DNA of 64,000 nucleotides from Ignavibacteriota bacterium (GTDB lineage Bacteria; Bacteroidota; Ignavibacteria; UBA10030; UBA6906). The notes under the pieces were generated by a model. It had not been told where the DNA came from. It made no database searches and saw only the letters and a program-made list of their open reading frames with translations. Shown here piece after piece: positions 10,016 to 18,215 of the stretch. The position numbers and the translations under genes are program-made. Each line of letters begins with the position of its first letter. The first letter of the stretch is position 1. Location of the stretch: assembly GCA_963801355.1 (NCBI GenBank), contig CAWDEM010000008.1, forward strand, positions 2,656,001 to 2,720,000. Reading direction: 5' to 3'.

Positions 10016-10090
10016 TTTCACCTCATGCAAGGGTCGTTTTCACCTTCTTTCTGCCCCCTTTCCAAGTCCTTCTCACTCTCTCAGAAGCCC
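10016..10090. repeat. Non-coding module C, copy 1 (copy 2 at 13047-13121)
   Basis: Ungapped manual alignment gives 53/75 identities; both copies lie just upstream of a minus-strand promoter. Confidence 0.75.
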
Positions 10091-10270
10091 CATTCTAAAC
10101 AGTCCCATGGCTCCAGACATCATCCTACAACTAGTGGAGATCATTCATCTCTTTGAGGATCGTCATCTCCTGATCACCTCCACCCACCTGAGCGGTTTCT
10201 CCTTGGTCGAGCAGATTCAGAAACCGGCGACTGCGTGTTTAATTGCGGGACTCGATTGATATGAAACATG

Positions 10271-10302
10271 AAAGGGCCCGGTGATGAATGCCGAACCCTT
10301 TT
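10271..10302 (-). terminator. Reused intrinsic terminator-like hairpin, copy 2 of 3
   Basis: Minus strand AAAGGGTTCGG-loop-CCGGGCCCTTT then CATGTTT, about 20 bp after the S41 peptidase stop. Confidence 0.7.
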
Positions 10303-10323
10303 CTTTACCTCATCCATCAGAGC

Positions 10324-12807
10324 TCACCTGACTACGATCATCTTCCGGCTCTGGACGAAAGCTCCTGCTGTCAGTCGGTACACGTACATTCCGCTCGGAA
10401 GACCGGTCGCATCGAACCTGATCTTGTAGCTCCCCGATTCTTTCCGCTCATTCACAAGCTCAGCTACGTGGCGGCCAAGGAGATCGTAGACTCCGAGCAT
10501 CACCGGACAGGTCACTGGCAACTGGAATCTGATAACCGTTGTTGGATTGAATGGGTTCGGATAGTTCTGCCCGAGCGAAAAGTGTACAGGCAACGTTCTC
10601 TCTTCTTCTATCCCTGTCACAGTGACGCTCATTGTGTCACGCCAGTACAGAACCTCCTGACTGGAAATATCAAGGGCAAACCGGGCGTCGTAGGGACCCA
10701 GCAGGCCAGCTGAAAACAGTATCTGAAGGACAACCGTGGAGTTGGCGACCGCGCCGGGAGCGATCGTGCCAAAGGCCAGCGGAGCGACCGATGCGATGTT
10801 TCCTGAGTCCAGCGGCGTCACTCTTGCGGCAACGTCAGGGATGGTAAGTGTGGCCCCATTGTTTTTCAAGGCAACAACGAACCTCACCAGGTCTCCGGGA
10901 TTCGGGATGGTGTCTGTGAAGATAGTGGAATATCCAGCGCATGTAACGGGACCAGCGGTCGTGAACCGGGCAGCATATGGCATCGAAAACGTCGATAGGT
11001 CAGCCGGGTCGACGACCCTGCTCGTAACAGTGTAGAACCGTTCACCGGCAGGGGCACTCCAGGATGCACCCCATAGTCCATCGTCTGCTGCGCCGTCTCC
11101 GTGCTGTCCATCATCGACAAACAGGGTGGAATCAACAGGCATAGTATCCGCCATGAAGCGCCCAACCACCGAGATCGCGTGGCTCTGGGGGTTCTCCACG
11201 CTGGCGGTCAATCGGACGGAGTCCAGGCCAGGTCCGTAGTAACCGCGAGAGGCTGTCACTCCATGGGTGTGGGCCACGCTCGTGATCCAGGCCAGGGCAC
11301 GCTTCACAATGGTGTCATCTCCCAGTGCAACATCGTCTCTGTCAAACCAGACAGGTTCGAAGTCGGGGAATTCCTTCCGGAGAAGCAGCACGTTCGGCTC
11401 CCGATGGTCAGCCAGGACGAAGAACGGTACCATGAAGTAGAACCCGCTCACCACGGGCTCTTCGTCGATCATCCCTGTGACGGCTCCGTTAATTGATTTT
11501 CCAAAGAACCGGGCGCTGGAAAGGTAGCGGAACTTGTATGCAGTGAAATCTCCCTGGCTGATGGCGAAAGGGCTGATGAGAACAGCGATAGGCCTCTCAT
11601 ACAAAGTATTCGGATCGGCGTTGATGAAAAATGGTAGCGGCGTAGAAGTCACAGGCTTTAGAGCGTAGAGATCAGCCGGAGACAAGCGTTCGAGGCCAAC
11701 CAGTGTCTGTGTGGAATAGTTCATCAGCACGGCGAGCCCGGCTTCCGGCCCCTGGGAGACGAACCCGCCCGCATCGAAGCGGATATCGATGATCAGGCCA
11801 TCAGTTCCCATTAGAGCAAATACGGCATTCTGGAATTCGGCCTTGACGCCAGGGCCGTGTCCAGAAATGTAGATATAGCCGATGTTTGTTCCTTGGACGA
11901 CGCCATAAGAAACGTGATCGGATCCGGCGACTGGCTCGTAATCGGGCTGAGGGACCGAGGGCACTGCGAGCTGTTCGCTATTGGGCATATATGCCGGTAT
12001 GTCGAGCGATGACAATGGAGCGGTGGGCAGATGCTCCAGGTCACCCGAATGATAGCGGATCACATCGATGGTGTCGAACAGGTGCCAATTCATCCCGGCG
12101 GCAGTCAGGAGCATATGGATGCGGGAGCTTTGCGTTGCGGCCATGTGCCCCAGTCGAGGCAGCGGAGACTCGAGAAGTTCAAAGACGAGCCGTTTCCATG
12201 GCACTCCTTCGTAGCCGCGAATAATATCCCCAGGTTGCAGGCCGAGCGGGTGATTGGCAACAGCCCGAAGGACGAGGAGGGTGCTGTCCGGGAGCGGGGT
12301 CAGGACTGCACCGAAATGCCGGATATCACTGAAGGTCAGGTTCAGCACGAAGACGGGCGCCCCGGGATTCAGCGGCGTTGATTGCATGATCGTATCCCAT
12401 CCCACGACATGGTAGTCGCGAAGCTCGTGAGCGAGCTTCGATAGGATCGCCGAGAATCCACCCCGGCTGGTGGAGTCGTTTATTTGCTGAGTATAGAATG
12501 CCCGAAGGGAATCCCAGTTGATGTTCAGGCCGCTGAAGCCGGGAAAGATGTCATGGATGTAGTTGGCAAACGTGTTGAAGACCTGTTGCTTCTGGGATCG
12601 AGGAAGTCCCGGTCCCCAGAATTGATCGACGATCCGCTGCCAATCCGACCGTCGCCTGTACAGGGATGAATCGGCCAGGGCCTTGGCATTCACCTCATGG
12701 TTCGTGTACGTGAAGAACACTGGTTCTTCGTTCACATGGGTCCTCGGCTGCGCTGTGACCGGTGTCGAGGCCAACAGGAGTGCGGCGACAACAAAAATTT
12801 GCTTCAT
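10324..12807 (-). CDS. Secreted S41-family peptidase with T9SS C-terminal sorting domain
   Basis: Signal peptide MKQIFVVAALLLAS; GYIYI, GLIIDIRFDAGG, AISQGD; DDGQHGDGAADDG Ca-binding motif; CTD NYPNPFNPTT...SGMYVYRL...RKMIVVR. Confidence 0.85.
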   Translation of the reverse strand: MKQIFVVAALLLASTPVTAQPRTHVNEEPVFFTYTNHEVNAKALADSSLYRRRSDWQRIVDQFWGPGLPRSQKQQVFNTFANYIHDIFPGFSGLNINWDSLRAFYTQQINDSTSRGGFSAILSKLAHELRDYHVVGWDTIMQSTPLNPGAPVFVLNLTFSDIRHFGAVLTPLPDSTLLVLRAVANHPLGLQPGDIIRGYEGVPWKRLVFELLESPLPRLGHMAATQSSRIHMLLTAAGMNWHLFDTIDVIRYHSGDLEHLPTAPLSSLDIPAYMPNSEQLAVPSVPQPDYEPVAGSDHVSYGVVQGTNIGYIYISGHGPGVKAEFQNAVFALMGTDGLIIDIRFDAGGFVSQGPEAGLAVLMNYSTQTLVGLERLSPADLYALKPVTSTPLPFFINADPNTLYERPIAVLISPFAISQGDFTAYKFRYLSSARFFGKSINGAVTGMIDEEPVVSGFYFMVPFFVLADHREPNVLLLRKEFPDFEPVWFDRDDVALGDDTIVKRALAWITSVAHTHGVTASRGYYGPGLDSVRLTASVENPQSHAISVVGRFMADTMPVDSTLFVDDGQHGDGAADDGLWGASWSAPAGERFYTVTSRVVDPADLSTFSMPYAARFTTAGPVTCAGYSTIFTDTIPNPGDLVRFVVALKNNGATLTIPDVAARVTPLDSGNIASVAPLAFGTIAPGAVANSTVVLQILFSAGLLGPYDARFALDISSQEVLYWRDTMSVTVTGIEEERTLPVHFSLGQNYPNPFNPTTVIRFQLPVTCPVMLGVYDLLGRHVAELVNERKESGSYKIRFDATGLPSGMYVYRLTAGAFVQSRKMIVVR

Positions 12808-12840
12808 GGTGTGGTCCTTCCGCCAGTGGGGAGGTTTCAC

Positions 12841-12969
12841 GGGTCGAGGTGGGAATGCCCCGCGGTATGAAGACAGGCCCGCGGAAGAAGAGGGAGTGCA
12901 GATAGAGGCAAAGTGCAGGTGCGCTTCCAGGTCTGAGGCGGGAATCCCGCATTTGACCCACAAAGCTTG
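12841..12969 (-). repeat. Module A, copy 1: long imperfect palindrome / candidate structured 5' leader
   Basis: Shares an identical 24-mer (12912-12935 = 15450-15473) and flanks with copy 2; begins 5 nt after a TATATT -10 box. Confidence 0.75.
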
Positions 12970-13046
12970 AGTGGAATATACGCAGGGATTGTCAAATGTC
13001 TGTAGAACAAATGCTGAAATATCGTGTGGGAATTGTCCTACAGTGG

Positions 13047-13121
13047 TTTCACCTCAAAGAAAGGTCCTCTTCACCACCTTTCTACGTCACTTTTATCCCC
13101 TTTTCACTCCCTCAAGAGCCC
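13047..13121. repeat. Non-coding module C, copy 2
   Basis: Aligns without gaps to 10016-10090. Confidence 0.75.
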
Positions 13122-13184
13122 GAACATCACACTGTTCCCTGGTTATTGTGGCTCGATGGATGATCGCCTGGTCAGGCACTTTCG

Positions 13185-13649
13185 TCATTTGCTCAGTGAG
13201 CAGATGGGTGCCGAAGCTAGGAAATGCCGCCTCAGGTTGTTAAGCGACCTGTCAAGAATTCTCTCCCATTGACGCCTCGCAAACAAAGAATCAACCAGAT
13301 AGCCCAGCACTGGAATTGGCAGTTGGTATTCCATAGCGTAAGTGAATTTGGTGCTATCACCCATTGGTTCAAAGGTCCAATGAGTTCGATGGGCCAGCCC
13401 TCTGGTGGCAACACCTGTCCAACCTCTGTTGTGGACATAATCGTGAATCTCAGTTTCGACAGGAGCAGAGAGACCCATGACACGAGCCCTGTAGGCGTAC
13501 CGTGCACCGTTACCCCGAGTGATCGTCGTGGTCGCTTTGAAATCTGACACACCCTCGAACCATTCAGTCCATTTGGCGTAGTCAGCGGCATAGCCGAATA
13601 CTTGATCCACTGGTGCGGAAATGATGACGCTATGTTCGATGCGAGTCAT
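13185..13649 (-). CDS. SRPBCC / polyketide cyclase-like protein (copy 2)
   Basis: Almost identical protein to copy 1; a 2-bp indel changes the tail from ADTSAH* to APICSLSK*. Confidence 0.85.
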   Translation of the reverse strand: MTRIEHSVIISAPVDQVFGYAADYAKWTEWFEGVSDFKATTTITRGNGARYAYRARVMGLSAPVETEIHDYVHNRGWTGVATRGLAHRTHWTFEPMGDSTKFTYAMEYQLPIPVLGYLVDSLFARRQWERILDRSLNNLRRHFLASAPICSLSK

Positions 13650-13854
13650 ACGTTCACCCTCCGAGAGAATAATCAGTGGCCGAGAAAGTCCCTGACTGCC
13701 GAAGAGCTCCTGCGTGACAACTTCCGCCTTCGATTTCCTCCGGATCGGCGCACACATGTGGAGCGATTGGCCCTCTGAGGCCCAGATATCGCGTGAGATT
13801 CAGAAACTGACCAGGACGCTGTCCATTGCGCAAACACGGTTGAGTTGAAATAAG

Positions 13855-13881
13855 AGGGGCCGGTAATGAATGCCGAACCCC
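13855..13881 (-). terminator. Reused intrinsic terminator-like hairpin, copy 3 of 3
   Basis: AGGGGCCGGTAATGAATGCCGAACCCC downstream of the 13941 stop. Confidence 0.55.
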
Positions 13882-13940
13882 ACTTTTGTCTACACAATGT
13901 GAGAAGTAGATTTGACTTTTCGCCGCCACACGGTTCCCGT

Positions 13941-14375
13941 TCACGCGGGCTTCGGGCCAGACGCAGGCACTTTCTTCAACACAGCGGCAATGACGGCGCC
14001 AGCGATGCCGGCATGCACGAGTTCGAGAAGGGGATCAACGATCGTCTTCGTCAAGCTCGAGAGGTTCGTGTAACTGTAGACCGCGAAGTTCAGGGTGAAC
14101 CAGAGAAGAAAACCCACGATCGCTGCGATCTTCGCACCTTCGAAGATCGACAGGGAGCTGGCCCGATTCCCAATCGCGTACATGATGAGGGCCGCATACG
14201 AAAGATACGCCAACACCAGCGCCCAATACAATACCTCGCCTCGATCTACGCCTGTGGCCGAGCCGGCGTTTGCGGCATAGAAGGCCGCGAAGGCCCAGTC
14301 GAATATGACGTAGCCAAAAATGAACAGCACAACGGCGCCGACGATCGTTCCGACCACGAACCGTTTGGTATCCAT
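13941..14375 (-). CDS. Four-TM membrane protein (DUF1761-like)
   Basis: MDTKRFVVGTIVGAVVLFIFGYVIF...; GGAGG RBS before ATG 14375. Confidence 0.75.
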   Translation of the reverse strand: MDTKRFVVGTIVGAVVLFIFGYVIFDWAFAAFYAANAGSATGVDRGEVLYWALVLAYLSYAALIMYAIGNRASSLSIFEGAKIAAIVGFLLWFTLNFAVYSYTNLSSLTKTIVDPLLELVHAGIAGAVIAAVLKKVPASGPKPA

Positions 14376-14501
14376 CTGTTTACCCTCCATTGATAGATTT
14401 GAGCTGCAGTGCAAGCCCCAACCCGCTGACCCAATCAGTCCGCGAGCGCAGAACCGCCTAGCGTGCATTAGGCTGTGAAACAGCATCAAGAATCTTGCGA
14501 C

Positions 14502-14663
14502 TCATGTGGCAAGTTTGAGCGCCTGGTCGTTCACCTCATGATAACCGGCTTCCCGTTCGCCATTCTGGAGAAGGACGACCTGTGGGCCAAGAGTGTTGTA
14601 GACTGTCAGATTCACAACTGACCTCTGAGGCAGCCCGTAGCGGATGGTCGTTGATGGGTTGAA
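14502..14663 (-). pseudogene. Orphan fragment of a T9SS C-terminal sorting domain
   Basis: Manual translation FNPSTTIRYGLPQRSVVNLTVYNTLGPQVVLLQNGEREAGYHEV; no start codon; begins 9 bp after the upstream stop. Confidence 0.85.
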
Positions 14664-14672
14664 GGAGCACGA

Positions 14673-15176
14673 CTATTTCTTCTTCTTTGCTTCAGGTTCT
14701 GGAGGCATCGCGGGAGCAGGAATATCCGTGGTCCAGATGTCGTAGGCCATTTTCCAGGATCCATCTGCCTGCTTTCTCCAAACGGTCACAAACTTGCCCG
14801 TGTCAGCGACGACCTTCCCACTCATCTCGTAAGTCTGGAAATATCTCCCGAGCTGGATCGCGAACTCACCGGCGCCTTCGACTGAGATCGTGGTACTGGT
14901 GAATTCTTTCATCTTCATTCCTGACTGCAGCCAACCTTTCATCGTCTTTTCTATGGCTGCTCTGCCTTTGACCATGGGCATGTTCGACGGCAGGATGACA
15001 GCATTCTCCTCATAGTTGCTGGCTGCGGCGGTCGCATCTCCCTTCACGGCCGCCTGTTCTTGGACCGTGCAGGCTGCATCAATCTTTGCCTTTACGGCGG
15101 CTGCATCGAACTGCTCCGGCGGCTTGCATCCAACAAGCAGGACACAAATGAGGACTCCAAGCGAAAATATTCTCAT
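14673..15176 (-). CDS. NTF2-like (DUF4440/YybH) lipoprotein
   Basis: Lipobox LLVGC; GDATAAASNYEENAVILP...GKFVTVWRKQADGSWK; AAGGAG RBS. Confidence 0.85.
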   Translation of the reverse strand: MRIFSLGVLICVLLVGCKPPEQFDAAAVKAKIDAACTVQEQAAVKGDATAAASNYEENAVILPSNMPMVKGRAAIEKTMKGWLQSGMKMKEFTSTTISVEGAGEFAIQLGRYFQTYEMSGKVVADTGKFVTVWRKQADGSWKMAYDIWTTDIPAPAMPPEPEAKKKK

Positions 15177-15303
15177 GCAGGTCTCCTTTATGATGTGAAT
15201 TAGGTGTTTGAGGATCTTGAAGTGGGAGTCGTCTGACTGACGAGGGAAACCACCGCAGTTTCTCCTCGATAGGTAAGGATAGGTGGCTGCATTAGGCCAG
15301 AGA

Positions 15304-15366
15304 GTCGTCGGGGTGGGCTCTACAACGGAGGAACTGGAACAGGGTCCAGAGTGGCGGCTCGATGGC
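15304..15366. repeat. Module B, copy 1: conserved hairpin with variable apex (copy 2 at 16685-16735)
   Basis: GTCGTCGGGGTGGGCTCYACA...GGKCCAGAG..GCGGCTCGATGGC in both copies. Confidence 0.75.
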
Positions 15367-15406
15367 TGGGGAAGCCATCGTGCGAGCAAACGTGAGACTG
15401 CAAGAT

Positions 15407-15508
15407 CTTACAACCGAATGCGGAAGGTGAAACCCGCGGGAGAGGAGGGAGTGCAGGTGCGCTTCCAGGTCTGTCGCGGGAATCCAGCATTCGACATCTG
15501 CAAGCTTG
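15407..15508 (-). repeat. Module A, copy 2: long imperfect palindrome / candidate structured 5' leader
   Basis: Stems CTTGCA/TGTAAG, GTCGAATGC/GCATTCGGT and CCCGCG/CGCGGG enclose the conserved core. Confidence 0.75.
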
Positions 15509-15513
15509 GGCAC

Positions 15514-15542
15514 AATATGGTAATCGGATAGAAGAAAGTCAA
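15514..15542 (-). promoter_or_regulatory. sigma70-type promoter directly upstream of module A copy 2
   Basis: TTGACT-17 bp-CATATT on the minus strand. Confidence 0.6.
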
Positions 15543-15883
15543 CGACAATCCAACTGAGACCTTATTGTTGCTCGCCCTCTTCCCCAACTGGGAGAATGGG
15601 GACATACCACGCAAGCGGTAACCGTGCAGTGCATGAAAGTACAAACGCTCCAACCATCGGTGCATCTTATTTACCCACTGCGCTCCGCAACGGGAGGACT
15701 CTTTTTTCTTGATAATAGACGGGCGGCCGGGGCAACGTGATCAGCATTGGTGGAAGGTCACAGTCCTTCCCTGGCACGCTACGCACGCCTCGAACCCAGC
15801 TGGCACCTGCAGCGGAAGTGTCGGGCCTGATGAATCGGGCTCATCCGTGGTATTACGAGAAGAGACTCTCACAACTCAACGGG

Positions 15884-16234
15884 TCATGAGGCTTCGATTT
15901 TCTTAGTCTTGGGTTCCGCACCCCCTGCCTTGATGGCGACCTTCACAGCATCTTCCATCGGATCTTTAAAGGGCACCTCGATTCGGAGAAGACCGTGCTC
16001 GTAGATCGCTTCGGCTTTCTCAGGTTTCACCGGCCAAGCCAAAGCCAGTGCTGAAACGTACTCGAGGTCCCTTGCTGGCGCCGTGAGGTGGACGCTGTCT
16101 GCCAGGATCTTCAGATCGATGGTATCCGTTGGTGCTCCCGGGATGGCAAACTCCACTACCAACTTGTGTGTCTCCTCGTCGGCATATGCTACTGTTGTAT
16201 TGGGCGCAATCCTAATCCGATTTTCCAGCATCAT
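15884..16234 (-). CDS. Small heat-shock protein, Hsp20/alpha-crystallin family
   Basis: LVVEFAIPGA...AEAIYEHGLLRIEVP...VKVAI; AAGGAGG RBS. Confidence 0.85.
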   Translation of the reverse strand: MMLENRIRIAPNTTVAYADEETHKLVVEFAIPGAPTDTIDLKILADSVHLTAPARDLEYVSALALAWPVKPEKAEAIYEHGLLRIEVPFKDPMEDAVKVAIKAGGAEPKTKKIEAS

Positions 16235-16304
16235 GGCAACCTCCTTGGTTGTCTATAAGGCCTATGCTTGCAGTTGACCCGGCGCAGTTCAGATTACCGG
16301 GACG

Positions 16305-16339
16305 GGACAATAGACGATGGACTGTGGACAATTGACATT
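16305..16339. repeat. Degenerate heptamer tandem repeat (5 units)
   Basis: GGACAAT AGACGAT GGACTGT GGACAAT TGACATT. Confidence 0.6.
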
Positions 16340-16376
16340 GGGGAAGCGGAGAGCGCGTTAGTCTCCCTCTCCTGGA

Positions 16377-16559
16377 TCACTTACCATCGCCGAAAACCAG
16401 CCACGCTTGCTGCACAAAATAGGGGAAGGTCCCTTCCACCCCGAGATTCTTGGCAAATTCCAGACGCGCTTTCACGGCCTGGAGAAACTCCGGCAGTGTC
16501 TTTGACTTCATGGCAACTTTGTCGAGCTTGAGGATTCGTATGTAGTCCGGTGATATCAT
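16377..16559 (-). CDS. Small hypothetical protein (60 aa), possibly a remnant
   Basis: ATG preceded by AAGGAG; overlaps (ATGA) the stop of a start-less upstream frame ...AFIVHYVEAALRFLEGEKKL*. Confidence 0.35.
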   Translation of the reverse strand: MISPDYIRILKLDKVAMKSKTLPEFLQAVKARLEFAKNLGVEGTFPYFVQQAWLVFGDGK

Positions 16560-16684
16560 AGCTTCTTCTCTCCTTCAAGAAACCTCAGAGCTGCTTCTAC
16601 ATAGTGCACTATGAACGCAACATTGGTGCCAATAGCGATCGGAGAGACACTCGACAGGCACGACCGAGATTGCCAGCTAGGGGG

Positions 16685-16735
16685 GTCGTCGGGGTGGGCT
16701 CCACATAGGAGGGGCCAGAGCAGCGGCTCGATGGC
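16685..16735. repeat. Module B, copy 2
   Basis: Matches 15304-15366 with a shorter apical region. Confidence 0.75.
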
Positions 16736-16998
16736 CGACGGAGAAGGTTTGCCTCTCTTGGTCCCTCATGATGCTGAATCTGATGAAGTATAACGGACGG
16801 AACTCTAAGATGAATCAACTAAAGGGATGAAAGAGTAGCTAGTCCCCTGAAAGAGAGATTTGTTGCCGGCGCCTATCGAAATCGAGCTCCAATGCGCGAT
16901 TTCCCTTTGGAACCGCCATTTTTGGCGTTTTGGGTACAATTCTTTGAAATCTCGTCCGTTCTCCGCCGATTTCCCATCGTGGAGCTTGAGATTGAGTG

Positions 16999-17143
16999 GT
17001 GTTCAATATATTCTATTGTTCATTACTAATGAACACTATAAAGTATTGAACGAATATATTTAATTATTGCACCAGTGACCACTTTTCCTGGATTTTCCAT
17101 TGACAAGTGTTCACTAAAATAGTATGTTCAATAGTAATGAACA
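16999..17143 (+). promoter_or_regulatory. AbiE operon promoter with two 37-bp operator modules
   Basis: GTGTTCA-N11-TGTTCA-N7-TGAACA at 16999-17035 and 17107-17143; the second overlaps TTGACA(17100)-17-TATGTT. Confidence 0.75.
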
Positions 17144-17171
17144 AAGACAATTATTGTACAAGAGGTCAAGA

Positions 17172-18215
17172 GTGGCACGCGTAGCAGACGAACGAGAAAT
17201 ACTCGAAAACGCGGTAGGCGCTTTTCGACGAACCACCAGGATCGAAGCGAAGATCGAGCCCGGCTGGGAACACCTTGAAAACCTGCATGGGGGTGGGCAA
17301 ACGCGGGCAGATGCCGCGATCCGAATACTTCGAGGCGGGAGGGAATGGAGGTTTGACGCAGAGGTCAAGCCTTGGTTAACCACAACTACGGCCGGCCTAC
17401 TTGTGCACAAATATCCTGCCAACAAAAAGTGGATTCTGGTTACAAGGCATGTGCAGCAAGCAATAGCGGAACAAATGCGCGAGCTGCAAATCCAATACAT
17501 GGACACTGACGGGAACGTCTACCTCGATACAAAGGACCTTCTCGTGTTTGTGAAAGGACAGAAGAATGCAGAGCCGAGAGCGACGACCGGAGTTGTGCGT
17601 CCATTCAAACCGGCCGGCATGCAGGTGATCTTTGCTCTCATCTGCAATCCGGGCTTGGAACAAAAAACCTATCGTGAGATTGCGGATGTCACCAAAACGG
17701 CTTTGGGGACCATCAACTGGACAATGCAGGCCCTGCGACAGATAGGGCACCTATTGGAAATGGGGAAAGCCGGCCGCCGGATTGTCAAAAGAGAAACGCT
17801 CTTCGATAAGTGGGTAGCGGCCTATCCTCAACAATTGAGGCCCAAACAGCTTGTCGGGCGATATGTTACTCAGGACACAGACTGGTGGCGAAATGCAGAT
17901 TTGAAGGACCTCGACGCTCTGTGGGGAGGAGAAACAGCTGCAGCGATTGAAACGGGATATATCGAGCCGGAAATTGCAACGGTGTATCTTGAGAAGAACC
18001 TGACCGAACTAATACTTCGTTTCAAGCTGAAAAAAGATCCGCACGGTAAGATTGAGGTCTTCAGGAAATTCTGGCATTTCCAGCTTGAGGAACAGAGAGG
18101 ACGAACAGTACCACTCCCTTTAATATACGCCGATCTGTTGGCTACGGGGAACGATAGAAACATCGAAACAGCCAAAGAGCTACGAGACAAGAAACTTGAT
18201 CGATATCTCAGATAG
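17172..18215 (+). CDS. Type IV toxin-antitoxin antitoxin, AbiEi family
   Basis: YMDTDGNVYL, wHTH region TYREIADVTKTALGTI, WGGETAA, C-terminal PLPLIYADLLATGNDRNIETA. Likely GTG start at 17172 after AGAGG. Confidence 0.85.
   Translation: MARVADEREILENAVGAFRRTTRIEAKIEPGWEHLENLHGGGQTRADAAIRILRGGREWRFDAEVKPWLTTTTAGLLVHKYPANKKWILVTRHVQQAIAEQMRELQIQYMDTDGNVYLDTKDLLVFVKGQKNAEPRATTGVVRPFKPAGMQVIFALICNPGLEQKTYREIADVTKTALGTINWTMQALRQIGHLLEMGKAGRRIVKRETLFDKWVAAYPQQLRPKQLVGRYVTQDTDWWRNADLKDLDALWGGETAAAIETGYIEPEIATVYLEKNLTELILRFKLKKDPHGKIEVFRKFWHFQLEEQRGRTVPLPLIYADLLATGNDRNIETAKELRDKKLDRYLR

Larger units (their letters stand above)
13146..13987. repeat. Copy 2 of the ~840 bp direct duplication
   Basis: Near-identical to 6402-7243 with scattered substitutions and small indels. 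Confidence 0.95.

Noticed and set aside
12808-12963. N-terminal extensions given by the ORF track for the S41 peptidase (also 15177-15389 for the NTF2 lipoprotein)
   Set aside because: True starts are marked by an RBS and signal peptide downstream; the similar translated text in both extensions just reflects non-coding module A/B DNA.
16741-16810. c-di-GMP-I riboswitch (GGCAAACC on the minus strand) or hammerhead ribozyme (CTGATGA)
   Set aside because: Only isolated short words match; the required second stem and conserved core elements are missing.
6402-16860. Integron cassette array (attC sites)
   Set aside because: No RYYYAAC...GTTRRRY pairs of suitable length found after the stops and no IntI; the GCCTAGC...ATTAGGC hairpin near 14456-14473 is far too short.
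17124-17171. ORF-track start of AbiEi at 17124
   Set aside because: It lies within the -10/operator region; GTG at 17172 has an RBS and is more plausible.
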